A stretch of 64,000 nt of DNA, from IMG/VR virus record IMGVR_UViG_3300042922_000643, positions 187,544-251,543 of that record; one strand, given 5' to 3'. The notes beneath the pieces are model-generated. The model did not search any database. It worked only from the letters and a program-made list of their open reading frames with translations, and was not told the DNA's origin. The translations under genes were made by a program, and so were the position numbers. Each line of letters begins with the position of its first letter. The stretch's first letter is position 1. Of the stretch, positions 31,602-40,883 are shown piece after piece.

Positions 31602-31790
31602 ATGAATGAGGGAGCGAAATACGAAGCGATGCTTAAATTATCGGCCGAAATGGTATTGTCCAAAGCTCTGATCAAATGGAAGCTAGAAAAACTGCTCCGA
31701 AATATTGATTCTGCTCTTGATACAGGTGATAAAGAAGCTTTCATTGTGTATTCAGAGGAGTTCAGGAGGTTGAAAGATGCTACAGTTTGA
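31602..31790 (+). CDS. IDEAL-domain protein
   Basis: IDSALDTGDKEAFIVYSEEF. Confidence 0.8.
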   Translation: MNEGAKYEAMLKLSAEMVLSKALIKWKLEKLLRNIDSALDTGDKEAFIVYSEEFRRLKDATV

Positions 31791-32839
31791 TTTTGAAAAT
31801 CTTAAACCTGTTGATTTTGAACTCAACCCGAGTATTCCGATTGGCACGAAAGTCATACCTATTGATAAAAAAGTTGGATGTTCTTTAGAATATTCCGTTC
31901 TTGGACGTGCTAAAAATTATGGTAACGATCATCTTTATGTCGTGGGGTATAAAACAATTCCTGGAATCTCTAAAAAGAATGAACGAGTCGTGGATTCATG
32001 TTTGACATATGTTTGTTTTCACAAAATGCTTGACTATAGCGATGGCGATTATTTCATGTGTTCCGATTTGATTGTCGCAAACGATCTTAGCAATGCTTCA
32101 ATTCTTCAAACTTTAAAAGATGTCGATGAAGGAGAGTAATCAGAGATGGATAATCCTAGAGGTATTCTTCCTCAAGACTTTGGTGATTCTCCATCTATAC
32201 CGATGGGGACTCCCGTTGTCATCTTAAGTAAAAAATGGGGTGTCCCCCTTGTAGACACTAAATACAGAATGTACTCAGGAGAAGGTCTATTTATTCTTTA
32301 TGTGACAAGATACAGTCTTCGAAAATACTGGATTAACGACCAACAATATCAAGTGGTTGTCTACTCTTGTAGTGACAATAACGTTATCGGTGATGGTGGA
32401 GATCATTTTGTACGATCTGACCTGATGCCCGTGTCTGAAATAAGCAATGATGAATTTCTCTTTTTATTGAAGGAAGTTGATTCGGAAGCGTAGGAGGAGA
32501 TGATCCTTGGCATTGGATTTTAGAAAACTTACCCCTCAAGATTTCTCCCAAAAAGGAATACTTCCGATTGGTACTCCTGTTATTGCTATTGATAAGAGCT
32601 GCGGATGTACCCTTGACCTCTGTTTAAACGAATTTTATATGAAAGATAAGATTCCTTTAATTTACGTAAGCAAACATATGAAGTACCATCATTTTTCAGA
32701 TGGAGTCGAAGCGGAAATGATTATATATGTTTGCAATGCGAAGAGCGATGAAAACTATGGAAATTATTTTACCCGCTCAGATCTTATCCCTCTTGAACAT
32801 ATGAATAATGAAACTGCTCTAACTTTACTTGGTGAATAG
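31777..32839 (+). CDS. Three tandem paralogs (31777-32139, 32146-32493, 32507-32839), each with the shared C-terminal tag
   Basis: Shared L.P.DF...IP.GT.V...K..G and YVC...GDYF..SDL; tails SNASILQTLKD, SNDEFLFLLKE, NNETALTLLGE. Confidence 0.8.
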
Positions 32840-32955
32840 TTCCTGGTTTTTAGGGGGTGTGTGCCCTTCAGAGCTGGTCCCTCTGATTGTTTCGGCGACA
32901 GTATTTATGAGATACTGCATCGCCTAAAAGACAGGAGAAACAAGGAGGTAACGTT

Positions 32956-33503
32956 TTGAGTTTTCATAGCAAAGTAAAGATGCAACCTCATTACATTGAA
33001 GTTCTTCTCACTGGATGCATAGAACCTAGTTGGTGGTACCGTGGTTATATCGGGGAAATATGTACACTCGATACCTCTAAAGTTGATGGTGTAGGCAAGT
33101 TGGCAGGTCATCCTATTGTTAATGGAGGTGGTGGCTGGATTGCTTTTTGTGATTACATTGATCTGAACAATGCTAATAATGAACAACTTCTAATCTTATT
33201 ACAAGAATATTAAAAGGAGGGTATCAGCATGTAGGAGGTGAGTGAATGGCTCGATATACTGGAGAATATTTACCTGGTTACGTCGATGTATTGATACTAC
33301 GATGTTCAAAAGCAGAATGGTGGTATACGGGAAAAGCTGGTCAAATATTTACTGTTAATACCCATAGAACACGTGGTCAAGGAAAAGAAGCAGGCTATTC
33401 TGTTTTAGATAGAGGCTCTTGCTGGATTGCACATGCCGATTGTATTCAACTTGGAGAGGGCATGAACAACTCAAACTTACTGCACTTATTACAAGATATT
33501 TAA
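32956..33503 (+). CDS. Two tandem paralogs (32956-33213, 33246-33503) with the shared C-terminal tag
   Basis: Shared C....WWY.G..G.I and WIA..D.I.L; tails NNEQLLILLQEY, NNSNLLHLLQDI. Confidence 0.8.
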
Positions 33504-33529
33504 ACCAACTCAAAGGAGAGTATGAAAAA

Positions 33530-33976
33530 ATGAAAACTCAAACGGAAACTAAGGTAGCTATCCATGCACGTAAATTCTTTGAAGACGGTGGAATTGACAA
33601 AAAGACCGTTCGCGTATCTGAAGCGAAGGTCCAAGAAGCCTCTATTCAGCTTTCTGAGGCAGGCTATGAAATTCTGCGTACTCAAACCGTTACGGTCAGT
33701 GCGATTTCTTATCTGTTCCGTGAAATAGCAGCGACACCAGAATATCCTGCTCAAGAAATGCAATTGCTGGATCACGATGGCGAGTTTATCCTTCGGCATA
33801 CCGTGTTCAATCCAGACAAGCCTGTTGTGAATGAGATTACGCTCTCCGAAAGCTTGAATATCGTAGAGGCAAATGCAGCCTTTGCTGTGTATGCAAAAGA
33901 GAATAATCTTCCGCCACAGTTCCAAGCAGAAGATCTCACACTGTATACGGGTCACACTTACGCATCAGTGTTGTAA
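33530..33976 (+). CDS. Hypothetical protein
   Basis: AAGGAG RBS before ATG 33530. Confidence 0.7.
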   Translation: MKTQTETKVAIHARKFFEDGGIDKKTVRVSEAKVQEASIQLSEAGYEILRTQTVTVSAISYLFREIAATPEYPAQEMQLLDHDGEFILRHTVFNPDKPVVNEITLSESLNIVEANAAFAVYAKENNLPPQFQAEDLTLYTGHTYASVL

Positions 33977-34633
33977 AAATATGGAAGTTCCCGTTTAGAT
34001 TCTAATAGGCAAGATTTACAGCTTATTTAGCAATCTTTAAAGGTTTGCAGCTACGTCGTAAAAGGCGAGAATAAACCGTACGTCCAAAAATGGACAGAGC
34101 TCGGGCCTTACAAAGCCACGCTCTGCGGCTTGTTAAGTTTTTTACGTTCTGCTCACGAGCACTGTAGCTGCTACCCGCGGCGAATGTCCTACCGTCCATT
34201 CTCTCGAACGCGCTGCTTCCTAGTTATGTTTTGCCGACTCTATTCTTCTTATGTTTAAACCACTAAAAGTTACTTGAGTCGGCGTTAGCAACAAAAACAA
34301 CTGTAAGTAATACTGTCATACTATGATTAAAACGTGCTTTTTTAGCGAATAACACACGGTTTTAAAAAGAAGTTGTGACAGAAATGTGAACAAGAAAGGA
34401 GAGGGTGTAATGAATGCAAGAGTGTTCATTCTTCAGCTGCAAATCGTATTAACCTTGACGAATACACTCATGTTTTTCGTCTACCCTTTGATTGGAGAAT
34501 CTTTGGACTTGTTCTTCTTGTTCCTACTCGTTACAAGTTGGTGGATAACAATCTTCCATAATCCCATAGCTAAAGAAGTGTGGGAAAAATGGCGTAAAAA
34601 ATAACCTCTATCGTTACGAGGGGAGGTGAAAAA

Positions 34634-35297
34634 ATGACATCAATTCTTGAAATGACTCCGAAGGGTACGTTCAAAGACGGCTTTAACTTTGCTATTATGA
34701 ATCATAAGTGGGCAATCACTAAAGTTATATGCCCCTTCTGTGAAGATACAAAGGATAAGCGTATGTGTCACCGCATTGATACCACAGAAGGAATGCTGGG
34801 CCGTGTAGTTCTCTGTTCAGAATGCGGCGCTGCCTTGTTCTTGGTATTTCAACCGTTATTGGGTTTTGTAAGGCCCGTTCTTGGCTATTGGAAAATTAAT
34901 AGAGAGGTAGGTGAACAAAATGGCATTAAGTCAGAAGGTGCTGGAAGGAATGAAGCAATTCAGGGATAGCCTTGCTGCTGAAAATGGGTTTGTCCTTGCA
35001 ATTGTGGCGGAATCCGATTTCAATCAGAATTGTCTTTGTCCACATTGTAATTCTGAACTTCCACCGCATCGGCTTGAAGGGATAATGGATTTACCGTCGC
35101 ATCTTGGAGAACTGCTGCTTTGTGATGAATGCTTACAAGCTTTTGTTACAGTAGCGTATCCGACATTGATGCACGATGAGTCACCCGTGTTCCTTAATGT
35201 TGTACTGCGAAAAGAAGAAGAATCTCCTCTTATCAAAGCTTTGATCAATGAGCGGGTTGGCGATATGATCGCTACCATTATGACCATCGATATTTAG
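34634..35297 (+). CDS. Two overlapping Zn-ribbon proteins (34634-34969, 34911-35297)
   Basis: CPFC/CSEC and CPHC/CDEC pairs. Confidence 0.65.
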
Positions 35298-35347
35298 AAC
35301 AAACATGAAGACGCCTGTCTACGGATTGGCGTCTTTTTTATTCTCCT

Positions 35348-35456
35348 GTTTTTGAAGGGGATTAAGAAGTTATACGCTCTTTGAACTTTCTTGTAACCAA
35401 TCGCGGCTAAGGTTAGTTCATCTAAGGAGTCGAATCTTCTAATTCCCTTCAAGAAC
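35348..35456 (+). ncRNA. UAUAC/CGAA hairpin element A
   Basis: Outer stem TTGAAGGGGATTAAGAAG/CTTCTAATTCCCTTCAA; TATAC 35371, CGAA 35431; inner stem GCTCTT/AAGGAGT. Confidence 0.65.
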
Positions 35457-35477
35457 CATTATAAAGGAGGAATAAGA

Positions 35478-35834
35478 ATGTCATTGCTTGCGATTAGGCC
35501 CCAAAAGGAAAGACCGTTGATGCCAAAAGACTATTATAATCAGACTGCATCTTTATCCCTTAGGATGCTCTCAAATTTGTCTGACAAAATCGTATCTCTT
35601 CGCCAAGCTATGCGCGAAGTGGGTGTCAATGGAGATGCTGATGCTATCTACATTGAACTCGACGGTACTGAACGTCTTTATTTCCATTATTTCAATCAGA
35701 TGCGAATCGCAAGAGGATTTAAGCCGCTTGAAGGTGAAAAATTCTCGATGTCTCTTAGCTCTCAGCATAATCTTGATGCTATCACTGTATATGTTGACGA
35801 AGAAATTCGTTATGAATCTCTTCTTTTTAAGTAG
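35478..35834 (+). CDS. Hypothetical protein
   Basis: AAGGAGG RBS. Confidence 0.65.
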   Translation: MSLLAIRPQKERPLMPKDYYNQTASLSLRMLSNLSDKIVSLRQAMREVGVNGDADAIYIELDGTERLYFHYFNQMRIARGFKPLEGEKFSMSLSSQHNLDAITVYVDEEIRYESLLFK

Positions 35835-35872
35835 GTTTTACACAGTATATAAAATCCAAGGAGGAATTACTT

Positions 35873-36673
35873 ATGCCAGCTTTAGTATCGATTGAATCCG
35901 CAGGAATCCTTTCAAAAAATGCTCGTCGTGTCCCAGGAAGATCTGTTATTGACGTTCGTCCGCAAATCGGAGATCCCGTGTTTACGCCGCCGATTGAATT
36001 GGCCCTCAAACGTATGAATAATCAGATGACCCTGAACGAATTTGTAGCGGAGTATTTAGTATTCTTGAATGAATCTGTGCAATCGAATCCAAAAGTTTGG
36101 GTGAAGACACTTCGTGAAAGAGCAGTTGTTTTTGCAGGAGGTGCCTTTATTACGGAAGTTGTTTCTTTGTTTATGACGAAAATGGGCGCTCAACTGCTTG
36201 AGTCAAAAACACCTTATCTTTCCTCCGAACAAAGAGTTATGATCCTTGATTTTAATATTACACCCCTCCCTAAAGAACCTCGGGGAAGAATGGTTGTTGA
36301 TCCTCTAGCGATCAACGCTATTCAGAGTTCGACTTGCCGTACGTGCCGTGAGAACCGCTCAGCATACGCTAAGGAGGACAACAATACGTATGTGTATACT
36401 TTTGTAGATAAGAATGAAAAAGACGATACGCTGGCAACCAGGAACGTTTCCTGCTGTGCTAGTAATACGTTCGCCGATGGTATTGTTTATCAATGTCCGA
36501 TATTCCAACATTTGATTGATGGCTATAAAGCAGGTGTAACCAGTCAAGGTACGAATCTTAATCCTTGTAAAAACTGTGTAACGCATATCGACAATGGTGG
36601 TAACTGCATCGGAGACAGATGTCCTGACGGCACCTTTGATATTATTCCTGGATCGGGGCTTATTCGATCCTAA
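35873..36673 (+). CDS. Hypothetical protein (DUF488-like N-terminus, Cys-rich C-terminus)
   Basis: VIDVR...FTPP.EL; multiple CxxC. Confidence 0.55.
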   Translation: MPALVSIESAGILSKNARRVPGRSVIDVRPQIGDPVFTPPIELALKRMNNQMTLNEFVAEYLVFLNESVQSNPKVWVKTLRERAVVFAGGAFITEVVSLFMTKMGAQLLESKTPYLSSEQRVMILDFNITPLPKEPRGRMVVDPLAINAIQSSTCRTCRENRSAYAKEDNNTYVYTFVDKNEKDDTLATRNVSCCASNTFADGIVYQCPIFQHLIDGYKAGVTSQGTNLNPCKNCVTHIDNGGNCIGDRCPDGTFDIIPGSGLIRS

Positions 36674-36688
36674 AGGGGTTGACAAGCC

Positions 36689-37482
36689 TTGAGTAGACGA
36701 TCAATACCCGTTGAGCAGCGACTTCTCCCAGGCACAATCATAGTTGTTGGGGAGAAGTTTGCTGTTAAACATGGATATGCAGGTATCATTGGAAGTATTG
36801 GTAGAATCATAAATTATGAAGAGTCAACTAGAAACTATGATTGTTATAAAATACGGGCTTCTTCAGAAGGCTTGCGGAATTATTGGTATATTCAAATAGA
36901 AGACGCCAACGAAATAGATAATCAGTCGCTTCTTTCTTTGCTACCTGATTATGAGTAGGAGGATAATATGAGCTTAAAAATAGAGCCAGGAATGTCTGTA
37001 ATTGTTGGCGATAAACACGCTGTATCTGAAAATTATTCTCCAGCCGTCGGATATCCAGGCAAGGTCGTACGCATTGCAACAGAAAACAGAGTTATAGTAG
37101 CAGTGGATCGGTCAGCAGGCTTAGCTAGTGGAAACTGGTTTATCAACAGTAATGACCTTATTCCTGCAAATAATGAAGTTCTTATTTCTAATCTAACTGA
37201 CTATGAATAGGAGGTTTCTTAGTGCAATCTAATAAGCGACGTCCAAACAGTCTTCCTGTAGGTACTAAGATTCGAGTAGGTTCTGCTCAATCTGATCGAG
37301 GGTGGTATCAGGAAATCGTTGGAAATGATGCAGAGATTGCTCCTTATAATCAAAATGAAACTTTCCAAGGTTTTGATTATACAATTACAATGAAAAATGG
37401 AAGTACATGGTTTATTTATGAAGTCGATGCAATTCCATTTTACAATAGTAGTCTTATAGATATGCTTCCTGATTATGAATAA
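36689..37482 (+). CDS. Three tandem SH3/KOW-like paralogs (36689-36958, 36968-37210, 37222-37482) with the shared C-terminal tag
   Basis: G..I.VG....VG..G.I...W.I...D; tails DNQSLLSLLPDYE, NNEVLISNLTDYE, YNSSLIDMLPDYE. Confidence 0.8.
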
Positions 37483-37483
37483 A

Positions 37484-37596
37484 TTGAGCTTACTATGAAC
37501 TACTTAAAGGATTTATATAGTTTGGTTTGGACTCAGGGATTTACAACCCCTCCAACTGAACCTGAATATTCTTTGAGTAGTTCATAGTAAGCTCAA
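37484..37596 (+). ncRNA. Variant hairpin element B (UAUAU/UGAA)
   Basis: About 30-bp outer stem TTGAGCTTACTATGAACTAC.../...GTAGTTCATAGTAAGCTCAA. Confidence 0.55.
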
Positions 37597-37727
37597 ATGG
37601 ATTTATAAGCGATTTTATTCTCTTGCCTGAATGGTAGACTCCAAGGAGCCAATGCCTTAGAGAGCGTGGAATCGCTGAATATCTGTTTGTAGCTTACTAC
37701 CTAATATGAAACGGAGATGAAGTAAAC

Positions 37728-38276
37728 ATGACACAAAGTAGGGTAACATCGACCAGTAATGTTGTCATGACGGCGGAACAACTCCAGATTGCTGAAGAAG
37801 CATTGAGTCAAACTGTACGTCAGGGAACCATGAAAGTGGATGACGGAACTCCTCAGTTCGCGCCGACAATTAAACCCACTACCTTAGTACTGGAAGGCGC
37901 TCCACAGCGTCAGAACAGGGATTCTAAGTGGTATTTGAACCGCGAAGGGGAGTTATCCGTCGTAACAAACGAAGCCTCTAATGAGGCGCTGGGCATCCTT
38001 GAATTGCGTGTATCCAATGCAACAGAAAATCAGCAAGCCTCGGGAATTCTTTGCAAGGTTTCTATGAATTCACTAGTCGGATGGGATTATGGTATCAGCA
38101 TTTTTGAATCCAGAAATGAACCTGGTGCAATCTACCTTCGGACAGACGGCAGCCGTGAAATCGGTACAGACTCCCGCGGTAAAAAGGAATACTACCGTCC
38201 TCGGCAATTGAACAACGCAACAGAAGCTCAAATTTTGAGTTTCGTATCGAAGTTCTTGAAACCACGTCAACAGTAA
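37728..38276 (+). CDS. Hypothetical protein, possible SpoVG-like fold
   Basis: GISIFESRNEPGAIYL...GKKEYY...LNNATEAQIL resembles the SpoVG pattern. Confidence 0.5.
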   Translation: MTQSRVTSTSNVVMTAEQLQIAEEALSQTVRQGTMKVDDGTPQFAPTIKPTTLVLEGAPQRQNRDSKWYLNREGELSVVTNEASNEALGILELRVSNATENQQASGILCKVSMNSLVGWDYGISIFESRNEPGAIYLRTDGSREIGTDSRGKKEYYRPRQLNNATEAQILSFVSKFLKPRQQ

Positions 38277-38327
38277 AGACCTCAAGGGGAGGGGTTAAAC
38301 TCCCTCTCCAAAAGGAGGCTATCATAT

Positions 38328-38642
38328 ATGATTTTTGATCCTGGCAGTTTAATTGTTGCATTAGAAAATCCCTATACCATCACCAAAGAAGGGACAATTT
38401 GGACTGTTCTTTATACTTACACAACAAAGACCTTAGAAGATGCTATGATTGTTACAAGCCCAACGAATATCACAGCTATTCAACATTATAAAAAATCCAT
38501 AGAAGTAAATCCTAAAGTATTCCCAATAAAAGGGGAATGTAAGGAATGCTATAGTGTTCTTTCTCGTTATTTTACTCAACTGAACGTCTTTAATAATGAA
38601 GAATCCTTAGTTTTTCTACAAGATTTAGAATTGGAGGTGTAA
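38328..38642 (+). CDS. Small protein with shared C-terminal tag
   Basis: Ends NNEESLVFLQDLELEV. Confidence 0.7.
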   Translation: MIFDPGSLIVALENPYTITKEGTIWTVLYTYTTKTLEDAMIVTSPTNITAIQHYKKSIEVNPKVFPIKGECKECYSVLSRYFTQLNVFNNEESLVFLQDLELEV

Positions 38643-38644
38643 AA

Positions 38645-39421
38645 ATGACACAAGCAATCAATGGGACTTTTGAGCTTGTGATGCTCGGAACAGGCTCCAT
38701 GCAGGCAAATAACTATTTCAATAATAACGCTTTGTTGATGTCTACCGATTACACTCTAGCAATAGATTGTGGAACGACTTTTAAGCAAGCGTTATGCGAA
38801 TTGGGTTTCAATTATGCAGATATCGATGGCATATTGATTACCCATATTCACTCTGATCACGTCGGCGGCCTTGAAACACTCGCCTATGCAGGAAGATATG
38901 AACTCGAACGTAAGTTTGATTTAATCGGTGATTCTGAAATGATCAAAGAGCTCTGGGATAGCACTCTTAAGGGTGGTCTTGAGCTCACCGCTGAAGGCAG
39001 AATGACGATCAACGATTATTTCAATGTTATTGAGCTTCCGAGAGATACTGAAAAGATCATTGGCGGTTATGCTCTTGAGCTTTTAAAAACACCTCATGTT
39101 CCTCAAAAGGTGAACTATTCGGTATTCATCAATCGAAATATCTTCTATTCAGCAGATGTCCGCTTCGATGAAAAGCTTGTTTATCACGCCTTGGAAGAAA
39201 GAAAATGTACATTAGCTTTCCATGATTGCAATTTTGGCGATCCGACAGTCGTTCATGCTTCTTTTCAAGACTTAGCAACATTGCCCCGTGAAGCCCAGCA
39301 AAGAATTTATTTGATGCATTACGGTGACAATGTTGAAGATTTCTACGGTCAAACGGGTGAAATGTCTATTCTTGAACAAGGTGTTTTTTATAACATCGTC
39401 AATGGTGTAATTACAAATTGA
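38645..39421 (+). CDS. Metallo-beta-lactamase fold hydrolase (RNase Z/phosphodiesterase-like)
   Basis: LGTG, IDCG, THIHSDHVGG, YSAD, HDC and LMHY motifs. Confidence 0.9.
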   Translation: MTQAINGTFELVMLGTGSMQANNYFNNNALLMSTDYTLAIDCGTTFKQALCELGFNYADIDGILITHIHSDHVGGLETLAYAGRYELERKFDLIGDSEMIKELWDSTLKGGLELTAEGRMTINDYFNVIELPRDTEKIIGGYALELLKTPHVPQKVNYSVFINRNIFYSADVRFDEKLVYHALEERKCTLAFHDCNFGDPTVVHASFQDLATLPREAQQRIYLMHYGDNVEDFYGQTGEMSILEQGVFYNIVNGVITN

Positions 39422-39439
39422 AAGTGAGGCGCTGAAAAA

Positions 39440-40267
39440 ATGTTTATTGCAGGTACTCAAGTCTATTATGTTGAAATTCGTCAGGGCAGCAAGGTTAAAC
39501 GGATTGTTCTTCCTATGGAAGACGGCATCTTGGACAAGCTGAAGGCTTTCCTTTCAGAGTATCCTTATCTGTTTCATGCTCGGCAAGGTGAAGCGCAAGT
39601 GACTTCTCACGAAGTTGCAAATCCACCTGCTGTGATTTTTGATAATCTCCACTTCAAGGCAGATCATATCATTAATGCAACAATGTATGGTCATCCCGAC
39701 ATTCCATCAGGCACTCTTCGCTATTCTGCGGAATTGATTGCCGCGATTCAGGCGATGCAGCCGCTAAAATCACAGGTTGTTGAGGAAGAAGTAAAACCTC
39801 TTACTCCTGATGAAGAACTTCGGTTGAAGCTTGCAGGTCAACAGAGTGAAGCAGCTCAACAACAAGAAAAATCCAGTGTTCAGACAGTTGCTCCAGCGAA
39901 AGAGCCTGTAGTTATTCCTCCGCCAGCACCATCTGGTGAAGATCAGCTTAGACGCCAGCTCGAAGAAGCAAAACAAAGTAGGGTTTTTACCCCTCAGGCA
40001 GGCGCTGCTGGACAGGTTATACCTCATACTCAACAAGAAGCAGGTTCCGAAAGAAAGGTTTCAACGTACGCTTCAGTTAATGACGTTATCGATATTCTCG
40101 GAAGAATGAGTACGAAGCTTGATTTCGTGGTTGCTATGAGCAGTTTGCCTGCTGGTAACCTGACAGGAAAAGAACTCTCAGTTTGGTTTGCGAAATCAAC
40201 TGTTGAGCACGGCTACGACAAAACGTTTGAAATTTTGGCTTTGAAACTCCAAGGAAAGTTGGAATAG
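39440..40267 (+). CDS. Hypothetical protein
   Basis: 275-aa ORF; has an EDQLR motif like those in 40884. Confidence 0.7.
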   Translation: MFIAGTQVYYVEIRQGSKVKRIVLPMEDGILDKLKAFLSEYPYLFHARQGEAQVTSHEVANPPAVIFDNLHFKADHIINATMYGHPDIPSGTLRYSAELIAAIQAMQPLKSQVVEEEVKPLTPDEELRLKLAGQQSEAAQQQEKSSVQTVAPAKEPVVIPPPAPSGEDQLRRQLEEAKQSRVFTPQAGAAGQVIPHTQQEAGSERKVSTYASVNDVIDILGRMSTKLDFVVAMSSLPAGNLTGKELSVWFAKSTVEHGYDKTFEILALKLQGKLE

Positions 40268-40270
40268 CCG

Positions 40271-40678
40271 ATGAATGATAACACGATTCAATTGATTAGG
40301 GACTATGTGGATCAAATATCCGCTTCCCTGGGTGTTGCCGCTGAAAAGGTCTTTGAGGCCTTGATGCGGCAGCAAATGATCGAAGGTGTAATGGGTATTA
40401 TCGTTAAGTTGGTATTGTTTATTTCAGCCATTGTCGCTTTCAAATTGTATTATCGCTATGTCTTTACAATGTATCTGAAGAATAAAGAAGCAGGTAAATA
40501 CGACTACTTGGATGAAGGACCTATCTTCATATGTGTAGGCCTTGCGCTTTCAATCGTTTTTATCTTCGTCACTTTCTTAATTTTGATCTTGAATTTGACA
40601 ACGCATTTAACTCAAATCCTCAACCCTCAATATCATGTATTGAAAGATCTTCTTTATATGGTAACGGGGAAACAATAA
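40271..40678 (+). CDS. Hypothetical membrane protein
   Basis: Two TM segments. Confidence 0.7.
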   Translation: MNDNTIQLIRDYVDQISASLGVAAEKVFEALMRQQMIEGVMGIIVKLVLFISAIVAFKLYYRYVFTMYLKNKEAGKYDYLDEGPIFICVGLALSIVFIFVTFLILILNLTTHLTQILNPQYHVLKDLLYMVTGKQ

Positions 40679-40883
40679 AACTTTTTGTTATATCTTGGCA
40701 AGTACCTTAAAGTCAAGTATACTTAAAGGAGGCGAGGAAGATGTAATCCTTCAGGTAACAACTAGATTAATTCTAGTATGCAAAATACATTTGGGCTAAA
40801 GGTCGCTAGTATTAGGGGCGGCCCAGCATGGCTTGAGGGGATTAGGGCTATGCACAAAATAATCATCTTGAGGAGGATGATGT

